Notes under the pieces: generated by a model
Databases searched by the model: none
What the model was told of the DNA's origin: nothing
Seen by the model: the letters and a program-made list of their open reading frames with translations, nothing else
Shown: positions 17,700 through 24,890 of the stretch, in pieces
Position numbering within the stretch: the stretch's first letter is position 1
Layout: the number at the start of each line of letters is the position of its first letter
Position numbers and translations under genes: made by a program
Assembly (NCBI GenBank): GCA_044222475.1
Contig: JBGANF010000077.1
Location: forward strand, 1 to 37,870
DNA: 37,870 bases
Origin: Polyangiaceae bacterium
GTDB lineage: Bacteria > Myxococcota_A > Polyangia > Polyangiales > Polyangiaceae
Direction of reading: 5' to 3'

Positions 17700-19220
17700 C
17701 GGCGGACCGCTGGGCGGAGGTGCGACCGTCGTCGACGGAGGCGGCGGGACGGTGACGGTGGAGGTTGCGCTCGGCTTCGTCGAGGCGGTCGCCGTCGCGG
17801 TGCCGCTGGCCGGGGGCTTCCCCGTCCCGATGGGCTTCGTCGGCGGAACGTAGGGGGTGGTGGTCGTCCCTTTCAGGGACGCCAGAGGAGCGGTCGTGTC
17901 GACCGTCGCGGTGGCCGTGTTGGTCGAGGATGGAGTCGTCAGCTTGACGGTGGGCGTCCCCGTGTTCGTCGTGGTGGTCGTGGTGCCGTTCGTCCCGCCG
18001 CCGCTCTTGTGGGTGACGACGTAGCCGACGACTCCGCCGACTGCGATGAGCAAGCCCAGCGCGATGAAGGCGATGATCAACCCGCTTCCGCCGCCCCCGC
18101 GGCGCGGCTCGTGCGACGGTCCCGGCGGGACCTGCGGCATCGGACCTGGGGTGTACGCCTGGCCGCCTTGGGCCGGAGTCGGATAGGGCGCAGGGTTTCC
18201 GTGAGACGGCGTGCCGTACTGTTGGTTCGGTCCGGTTGTCCCACTGTGGTACGGGGCGGCACCGTACGCGGCGCCCGGCATCGGCGTCCCCATCTCGGTC
18301 TTGGCGCGCGGCGGCGGGGGCTGGAACGCGGCCGTGTTGCCGGCGCCACCGCCGGAGAACGCTTGATAGAACTCGATGACGCTCGCGAAGCGCGCGTTCG
18401 GATCCTTCTCCATCGCGCGAGTGATCGCGTGCTTCATCGGCGGCGGGATGCGCCCGCCAATCGGGAGCGTGTCGAGCGGAACGGGCTGCGCGGTCATGTG
18501 AGCGGTCGCCCACTCCCACGCGGTGTTGCCGCTGAACGGAAGCTTCCCGGTGAGCATCTCGTACGCCATGACCCCGAGCGAGTAGATGTCGCTCCGCTTG
18601 TCGATCGGCTTCCCGGTGAACTGCTCAGGGCTCATGTAGGGCGGCGTGCCGAGGACCATGCCCTGCTGAGTGAGCTTCTGCTCTTCCTTGTCCTCTTCCG
18701 TCTGGCGCTTCGCGATGCCGAAGTCGAGCACCTCGACCCAGTCCTTCTGACCCGCCTTGTCGCAGAGGACGACATTGTCGGGTTTGAGGTCGCGGTGAAC
18801 GATCCCCTGCTGGTGCGCCTCTTCGAGCGAGCCGCACACCTGCTCGAGGATCTTCTGGACGCGCGGGGGCTCCATCGGCCCGTCCTTCTCGAGGACGTCG
18901 GCGACGCTCCGGCCCTCGACGAACTCCATGACGATGTAGAGGGTGCCGTCCTCCATCTTCCCGAAGTCGAAGACTTGGATCGTGTTCGGGTGTTGGAGAC
19001 CCGCGACGGTTCCGACCTCGCGCTCGAAGCGCGCGAGGATCTTCGCGTCGTGCGACAGGTGCGGGTGAAGCGTCTTGATCGCGACCTTGCGGATCGTCGC
19101 GCCCAGCTTCTGCTCTCCGAGGTAGACGGCGCCCATCCCTCCCTCGCCGAGGAGGCGGACGATGCGGTACTTCCCGGCGATTTCGCGCCCGAGCAGGGGG
19201 TTCGGCACTTCTTGGGTCAT
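17595..19220 (-). CDS. Membrane Ser/Thr protein kinase
   Basis: GEGGMG, VAIK, HRDLKPDN, DFG, GTPPYMSPE, SDIYSLG; TM LIIAFIALGLLIAVGGVVGYVV; Thr/Pro linker; two-Cys tail. Confidence 0.95.
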   Translation of the reverse strand: MTQEVPNPLLGREIAGKYRIVRLLGEGGMGAVYLGEQKLGATIRKVAIKTLHPHLSHDAKILARFEREVGTVAGLQHPNTIQVFDFGKMEDGTLYIVMEFVEGRSVADVLEKDGPMEPPRVQKILEQVCGSLEEAHQQGIVHRDLKPDNVVLCDKAGQKDWVEVLDFGIAKRQTEEDKEEQKLTQQGMVLGTPPYMSPEQFTGKPIDKRSDIYSLGVMAYEMLTGKLPFSGNTAWEWATAHMTAQPVPLDTLPIGGRIPPPMKHAITRAMEKDPNARFASVIEFYQAFSGGGAGNTAAFQPPPPRAKTEMGTPMPGAAYGAAPYHSGTTGPNQQYGTPSHGNPAPYPTPAQGGQAYTPGPMPQVPPGPSHEPRRGGGGSGLIIAFIALGLLIAVGGVVGYVVTHKSGGGTNGTTTTTTNTGTPTVKLTTPSSTNTATATVDTTAPLASLKGTTTTPYVPPTKPIGTGKPPASGTATATASTKPSATSTVTVPPPPSTTVAPPPSGPPECEAAKLMRKLGRTNEAETLRVKCVEKGGKDPFS

Positions 19221-19245
19221 GGGTCGACGGAGGAACGAGTGTACG

Positions 19246-21921
19246 TCAAGGTTTGGCGATCGCGCGCATTCTTCGCTCGACCGACTCGTCGAGCCCGGGC
19301 TGGTTGTCGGGCTGCGAGAAATCCCACCCGTCGGTCGGGCCCGACGACCACCCCTTCGCGGGGTTGCACGAGACCTTCGTCTGAAGCGGCTTGAACGTGT
19401 ATCCGCTGTAGTCGGGCGTGCTCGTGAACGCGTCGAACGGGATCGCCGCCGATGCGATGCTCTCGGACTGGTACGGCTTCGCGAGGATGTTCGCGATGAG
19501 CTTGTGAATCGACGCGGTCGAGATGTTGGTCTTGCTGACGTAGCCGCGCTTGATCCACGGCGAAGCCATGAATAGAGGCGTGCGGTGACCCGACACGTGA
19601 TCGTCGCCGTCCTGCGGATCGTCTTCGGTGAAGATGATGAGGGTCTTCGCCCACAGCGGCGAGCGCGCGATCGCGTCGACGATCATGCCGGTGCCGACGT
19701 CGTTCACGGCGATCATGAGCTCGGGCGTCGGAGCGCCCGGTGAGTCGCCCTTGGTGTGGTCGTTCGGGAGGACGACGTACGACAGCGCCTTGAGATCGCA
19801 CACCGCGCGAGCGCGCGCCGCGATGTAACAAGCCTTCTCGGTGTCGGGCGTGGTCTGGCTGAAGACGAGGCCGGGGTAGTTCGGGTCGAACCCCTGATCG
19901 CCGCCGCCGACGATCTCGCCCATGTCGTCGTAGGGGATCTTGTTGCGCTCGGCCCACACGAAGAGCGAGCCTTCGCCCGGGGACGCGAAGAAGCGATCGA
20001 TGCCGGCTTTCGGCGCGCGCACGCCGCGGCCCCAGCTCGAGCTCCACGTGCGTTCGATGTAGTCCGAGCTTCGTCCGTACGAGGTCCACACGTGACCTTG
20101 GAGCGATTGCTCGGCGGCGATGTAGTAGTTGTCGAAGTTGGTGAACGCCTTCGCGAGCGCGCGTGCGTTCGCCCAGAATTCGTCCATGCGGCCGGGCGAC
20201 ATCACCGATTTGGAGTCGCCGTTGACGCCAGGCACGTCGCCGAAGATGGCGTCGAACGTCTTGTTCTCGCGCACGACGTAGACGATGTGCTCGATCTGGG
20301 CGCTCGGTGCGCCGGTGTTGGTGAGCGGAATCGGGAAGTCGTACGGAGAGCCGTTGCACTCGACGGTGGGGAAGCCCTCGGTCGGGGTCTTGCTTCGCGA
20401 CGCGTTGACGGTGGCGGTGAGCGCGGGGTAGTCGCCGTCTTGCGGAGGGGGCACGAGCTGGATGGATCCGGCGGTCGCATCGGGCGTGTCCATGCTGCCG
20501 GCGACCGGGCCGATACCGCGCCCCTTCGCGGCGGTGATGACGAGGCTTCCGTCGGGACGGAGGCGGAGCGCGGTCGGGAACCACGCCGTGGGGATCATCC
20601 CGCGCGGCGTGAGGACGGCGCTCTGCGCCGTGTCGACGTCGTAGGCACCGACCGCGTTGACGCCGGAGAGCGCCGCGTAGAGCCGCTTTCGCGTGGCGTC
20701 GTACGCGAGGACGCTGGGTTGAGCGCCGGTCAGACCGTCGCCGCGAAGTTGGAGGGTCTGCTTCGTCTGTGACGTGGCGGTGTCGATGACGCGGAGAACG
20801 TCGTCGTCGGAGTCGGAGACGACGAGGGTCTTCGCGTCCAGGAACGCGATGCCTTCGGGGTTCTTTCCGGTGGGGATGTTCGCGGTCGCTTTGCCGGTCG
20901 CGAGGTCGACGCGGACGATCTGGCGGGGGTCGTAGGAGCTCACCCACAGCGTGTTGCCCGAGACGTCGTTCGGGTCGGCGAAGATCCCGAAGCGTTCTTT
21001 GCCGGCCCCGACGTCGATCGCGGTGTACTTCTTGGTCGACAGGTCCACGACGCGGACCTCGTTCTCGCCGACCGAGGGCGCGACCACGAGCTTGTCCCCA
21101 GCGGGCGTCGCGGCGATGCCGCCGACGTACCAGTCGGACTGGGACGCGACCGGGAACGTCGCCTTGCCCATCGGAATGTCGGCGCTCGAGTCGCGCGTCA
21201 GCGCGCCGGTGGTGAGGTCGATGGTGAACCCGAAGACGCTCCCGTTGGCAGCGCCCGAGACGTAGACGTGATTGGGTTGGGCGAAGGCGAGGCCGTAGTC
21301 GACCTGCGACGGGCGAGCGAACTGCTCGGTGTCGACGAGCGCGGGTTGGTCGGCCGCGAGCTTGTCGAGGTCGACCGAGTAGACCGCGTTGTCGCGCACG
21401 CCGCCGTCCGTCGCGACGGCGAAGCGCGTGCCGGGGATCAAGAGAACGTCCGCGAGGAATGCGCTGACGATGCCGGGGCCGTGGAGGATCTGCTCGTGTC
21501 CCGCAGGCTGGACGAAGTGTCCGTCGCCGATGTGGTACCTATTTGGTACGACCGTATCCTTGCCGGCGTACTGAACGGCGTCGTTCGACGGGGCGGTCCC
21601 CACACACTTCCCGGTCGTGGGAGCGGGGAACGTGCCGTCGAACGTCCCGCACGCCGGGGCGTGGGCGACGGCGGCCCACGGGCGCATCGAGGGACACTGG
21701 TACGGCGTCTCGGGCTCGCTGCAGGTGCAGGACGCGGAGAACACGCATGACTTGAACGCGGAGCAGCTCTTCGGTGCGGCGACGAAGTCTTCCGGTGCGA
21801 CGAGGGTCTCGCACTCCTCCTTCGGGGGAGGGACCGGGAAGTCGTCGGGGTTCGTGCGATTGCACGAGACGACCGCTGCGAGGGCGACGACCGAAGCGGA
21901 CGCTACAGCGCGGGGATTCAT
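19246..21921 (-). CDS. Exported YncE-like beta-propeller / phosphoesterase (alkaline-phosphatase superfamily) lipoprotein
   Basis: Lipobox-like VVSC; IPTGKNPEGIAF and IPTAWFPTAL propeller repeats; HIVYVVRENKTFD, LPNDHT, EDDPQDGDDHVSGHR. Confidence 0.85.
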   Translation of the reverse strand: MNPRAVASASVVALAAVVSCNRTNPDDFPVPPPKEECETLVAPEDFVAAPKSCSAFKSCVFSASCTCSEPETPYQCPSMRPWAAVAHAPACGTFDGTFPAPTTGKCVGTAPSNDAVQYAGKDTVVPNRYHIGDGHFVQPAGHEQILHGPGIVSAFLADVLLIPGTRFAVATDGGVRDNAVYSVDLDKLAADQPALVDTEQFARPSQVDYGLAFAQPNHVYVSGAANGSVFGFTIDLTTGALTRDSSADIPMGKATFPVASQSDWYVGGIAATPAGDKLVVAPSVGENEVRVVDLSTKKYTAIDVGAGKERFGIFADPNDVSGNTLWVSSYDPRQIVRVDLATGKATANIPTGKNPEGIAFLDAKTLVVSDSDDDVLRVIDTATSQTKQTLQLRGDGLTGAQPSVLAYDATRKRLYAALSGVNAVGAYDVDTAQSAVLTPRGMIPTAWFPTALRLRPDGSLVITAAKGRGIGPVAGSMDTPDATAGSIQLVPPPQDGDYPALTATVNASRSKTPTEGFPTVECNGSPYDFPIPLTNTGAPSAQIEHIVYVVRENKTFDAIFGDVPGVNGDSKSVMSPGRMDEFWANARALAKAFTNFDNYYIAAEQSLQGHVWTSYGRSSDYIERTWSSSWGRGVRAPKAGIDRFFASPGEGSLFVWAERNKIPYDDMGEIVGGGDQGFDPNYPGLVFSQTTPDTEKACYIAARARAVCDLKALSYVVLPNDHTKGDSPGAPTPELMIAVNDVGTGMIVDAIARSPLWAKTLIIFTEDDPQDGDDHVSGHRTPLFMASPWIKRGYVSKTNISTASIHKLIANILAKPYQSESIASAAIPFDAFTSTPDYSGYTFKPLQTKVSCNPAKGWSSGPTDGWDFSQPDNQPGLDESVERRMRAIAKP

Positions 21922-21956
21922 GGCTCATTCACCGTACGTTCTCGGTCGATTGACCG

Positions 21957-22499
21957 TCAATCTGGCGATGCGTCGCCGACGTTCTGTGGCGGTACCTCGG
22001 GCGGCCACGGGAGCCTCCACCGTTGCCCGGTGGAGCGGTCGACGAGCTCGAGGAGGGTGCCTCGCTTCGACTGCGGAAACATGACGCCGATTCGGGTCGT
22101 GAGCTTGCGGGTGAAGCGGATGCCTCCGTCGATCTCCGGCGCGCCGAGCAGAGGGAAGTCGAACCGCACGCGCTCCACCAGTGTGCGCCCTTCGTAGAGC
22201 TCGACCGCGAATCGGCCCAGCGCGCGGGGAGTCGCCTGCGGAGCCGGAAGGACGAGGGGGTGCACCGCGACGAGGAATACGTCGCCCTTGTCCCAGCGAA
22301 GGTCGAAGACCCATTGGTCCTTGGTCACGAGGGGGGTCGGGTCGGGTGCGACCCAGGTGCTCGCTTCGACGGTGGCGCCAGCTTCCACGGGTGCCGAGGC
22401 GTCCGACGGCGGGGTAGCAGCGGAGGCGGCGCCGCCCAGCGTGGCGATCGCGATGGGCGCGAGGGCGCAAGCGGCAACGAGAAGACGACGAGCAAGCAT
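21957..22499 (-). CDS. Exported hypothetical protein
   Basis: Signal peptide; beta-rich core QWVFDLRWDKG..RFAVELYEG..RVRFDFPLLG. Confidence 0.7.
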   Translation of the reverse strand: MLARRLLVAACALAPIAIATLGGAASAATPPSDASAPVEAGATVEASTWVAPDPTPLVTKDQWVFDLRWDKGDVFLVAVHPLVLPAPQATPRALGRFAVELYEGRTLVERVRFDFPLLGAPEIDGGIRFTRKLTTRIGVMFPQSKRGTLLELVDRSTGQRWRLPWPPEVPPQNVGDASPD

Positions 22500-22522
22500 G
22501 AAGGTCGCTATCCTATAGCACC

Positions 22523-23161
22523 GTGGAAGCGCCCCGCGACGAAGCCGAGCTCCTCGCGCGAGCGCGCGCGCTCGAAGGCTCGACGCTCGACGATCTCGCG
22601 CGGCGCGAGCTCCGCGTGGGTCTTCACACCAAAGGGAAAGCGGGCGCGATTCTCGAAGCCGTGCTCGGTGCGACGGGAGGTTCGGCGGCGACGTGGGATT
22701 TTCCGGCGCTCGAGATCGAGCTCAAGTCGATCCCGCTCGATGCGCGCGGCAAGCCGAAGGAGAGCACGTTCGTCTGTGCGTTCGCGGTTGCCGAAGCGGA
22801 TCGCGCGGTTTGGGACGACTCGTGGGTGCGAGCGAAGCTGAAACGCGTCCTCTGGGTGCCGTTGCACGACACGGGTGAGGGTGGTCGCCGGGTGGGTGTG
22901 CCGTTGCTGTGGAGCCCGTCGGAGGACGACGAGCGGATGTTGCACGCCGACTTCGACGAGATTGTCGGGCGGATCGGAGCGCTCGGCATCGAGAGCGTGA
23001 GCGCGCATTTGGGTGAGGCGCTTCAGCTTCGCCCGAAAGCGGCGAACGGGAGTGTGAGGACCGTTCTTCGATCGAACGAGGGTGACTTGGTCGCGACGGT
23101 TCCGCGCGGCTTCTACCTTCGGCCGACGTTCACAGCTCGGGTGCTCGGCCGAAGCGGCTAG
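22523..23161 (+). CDS. mutH: MutH/Sau3AI family DNA mismatch-repair endonuclease
   Basis: KGKAG..LE..LG, WDFPALEIELKSIP (D-x6-E-x-K), ESTFVC, LQLRPKAAN, PRGFYL, collinear with E. coli MutH motifs. Confidence 0.9.
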   Translation: MEAPRDEAELLARARALEGSTLDDLARRELRVGLHTKGKAGAILEAVLGATGGSAATWDFPALEIELKSIPLDARGKPKESTFVCAFAVAEADRAVWDDSWVRAKLKRVLWVPLHDTGEGGRRVGVPLLWSPSEDDERMLHADFDEIVGRIGALGIESVSAHLGEALQLRPKAANGSVRTVLRSNEGDLVATVPRGFYLRPTFTARVLGRSG

Positions 23162-23804
23162 CACTGGCCTGGAGGGCGGCGTCCTCCTCTTCGTATTCGG
23201 CGTTCCACTCCGACCGCGTCAGCGCGTTCGGGTCGCGTGCTTCTCGTTCGGCGACGCTCGGTGCGAGGTCGATGCGGACGGGGTTGCCTGGAACGTCGTC
23301 GTAGTAGAACGCGTCGTCGTCGTCGTTCGACCACCATGGGTTGCCGTCGCCGATGCCGGTGCGACGGCGGAAACGCGCCAGCTCGGTGCCGAGTCGAGTC
23401 ATCGCCAGCTCCCAGCCGCGTCCGGGGACGCCGGCGATGCGGCCGAAGATGCAAGTGAACGCGAGGCGCCAGAAGCCGGTGCACACGGTGGCATGGAAGA
23501 GGGAGCGGAGCGCTCGTTTGCCGAGCCCCGTGAGTCGAACCCACCAGGTTCTGGCGTCGCGTCGGTCGGGTCGGCGGGTAACGAAGCCGAGCGTCTCGAG
23601 AGCGCGCACCATGACGCTGACGGTCGCCGCGGAGACGCAGAGGGAGCGGCGAAGTACCTTCTGGGAGATTCCAGGTCCCTGCTGCGCGATTGCGCGGAGC
23701 ATGTCGACGCGGGCCGGGGTGAGCTGGACGGAGGCTGCCTCGGATCGCGAAAACCGAAGAGCCGAGAGATGAGCGTGCTTCATGTCGAAGAAGAGTGGGT
23801 GCAT
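23130..23804 (-). CDS. MarR family winged-helix protein with acidic/aromatic C-terminal tail
   Basis: LTPARVDML, ISQKVL..VSAATVSVMVRALETLGFVTR.PDRRDAR..VRLT.LG; start ATG 23804; last codons overlap the mutH 3' end. Confidence 0.8.
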   Translation of the reverse strand: MHPLFFDMKHAHLSALRFSRSEAASVQLTPARVDMLRAIAQQGPGISQKVLRRSLCVSAATVSVMVRALETLGFVTRRPDRRDARTWWVRLTGLGKRALRSLFHATVCTGFWRLAFTCIFGRIAGVPGRGWELAMTRLGTELARFRRRTGIGDGNPWWSNDDDDAFYYDDVPGNPVRIDLAPSVAEREARDPNALTRSEWNAEYEEEDAALQASASRFGRAPEL

Positions 23805-23987
23805 GGGCTCGCACCAGCACGCGCCGTGCCACCGCCCTGACGCCGGAGAGCCCGATCCCTCTCGGAAAGGAAACCCAAAAATTCCCGCCAAAAACGAGCC
23901 TCTCGTCAGCAAGCTAACGAAGCGGTCCAAAAAGGGGGGGTGCTGGGGGAGTGGCGAAGTGGCGGGGGTGCCTGGCGCGCGCCAGTG
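23162..23987. mobile_element. Putative inserted cassette carrying the MarR gene (no transposase or integrase)
   Basis: Segment between the two stop codons starts CACTGGC and ends GCCAGTG; CTGGC repeated at 23164-23168 and 23972-23976; removal restores an 18-bp palindrome. Confidence 0.45.
23816..23831 (-). promoter_or_regulatory. Sigma54-type (-24/-12) promoter of the MarR gene
   Basis: Minus strand TGGCACGGCGCGTGCT vs consensus TGGCAC-N5-TTGCW (one mismatch); predicted +1 near 23805. Confidence 0.6.
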
Positions 23988-24890
23988 TCAGGGGCTCGGG
24001 TGTAGAGCTCGGGCCAGGTCGTCGGCTCGGCCGCCGAGCGAGAGCCAGACATCGTTGAATGCGGGCGGCAGCGGCGCTTCGATGGTCACGCGCTCAGCGC
24101 CGATGTCGATCGCGACTCTGCCACAGTGCAGGTACACCCTCTTGAGCGACAGGCTCCGCCCACCCGGCAACGTCAGACGCGTCGGCCCCCCGTAGTCGCG
24201 ATCACCCAGCAACGGCAGCTTCGCCGCACTCGCGTGCACCCGAATCTGGTGCGTTCGACCCGTCACCGGCTCGACCGCGAGCAACGCCGCCGTCGACACG
24301 ACCGCCACCGTGCGATACCGCGTGACCGCCGGCCGCGCATCTGCCCCGGCAATCGCCCGCAGACGCGGGTTCTTGCCTCGCCCGATCGGCGCACTCCACT
24401 CGCCTTCCGGCGCCGACGGGCCCGCTACCGCGATCGCGACATAGCGACGCTCGTACCGCCCCTCTTCCCGCGCGCGGCGCAGCGCCTCTCGACCCGCAAC
24501 CGTCAGCGCAAACACGACGACACCGCTCACGTCACGATCCAGTCGCGACGTCGGATGCAGCGCGCTCGCGTCGATGCCCGTCGCCCGCGCCGTCGCCGCC
24601 AGAAGCGAGTGCGCCCGCCCGCCGTGATCAGGGATCGTCGGGATCCCCGCCGGCTTCGCCACCGCAACGAGCTCGGCCCTCCGAAGGAGAATCGCGATCT
24701 CACCGTCGCCAGGCGACGAACGAGAGTGCACGACCACCTCCGTCCCGGCATCGATCACCATCCCCGCCTCGGCGCGCGCGCGACCGACGAAGACTCTACC
24801 GTCGGCGATCGCGTCCGCGTCGCCCCCTGCGAGCCGCACGATCTTCTCGATCGGCCCGCGTCCACGGGCGACCCAACGCCGCGTCGTCAC
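23988..24890 (-). CDS. RluA family pseudouridine synthase
   Basis: VAKPAG, SRLDRDVSG (catalytic Asp), Y.AI, TGRTHQIRVH, LLGDRDYG, LH; GTG 24890 overlaps upstream TGA. Confidence 0.92.
   Translation of the reverse strand: MTTRRWVARGRGPIEKIVRLAGGDADAIADGRVFVGRARAEAGMVIDAGTEVVVHSRSSPGDGEIAILLRRAELVAVAKPAGIPTIPDHGGRAHSLLAATARATGIDASALHPTSRLDRDVSGVVVFALTVAGREALRRAREEGRYERRYVAIAVAGPSAPEGEWSAPIGRGKNPRLRAIAGADARPAVTRYRTVAVVSTAALLAVEPVTGRTHQIRVHASAAKLPLLGDRDYGGPTRLTLPGGRSLSLKRVYLHCGRVAIDIGAERVTIEAPLPPAFNDVWLSLGGRADDLARALHPSP

Noticed and set aside
17122..18519. 465-aa ORF overlapping the kinase (possible frameshift product)
   Set aside because: Only the last 158 aa look coding and they have their own signal peptide and coupled GTG start; no slippery site noticed
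23840..23990. Possible dif site or replication terminus at the skew switch
   Set aside because: No XerC/XerD-like 28-bp motif visible and the skew appears local
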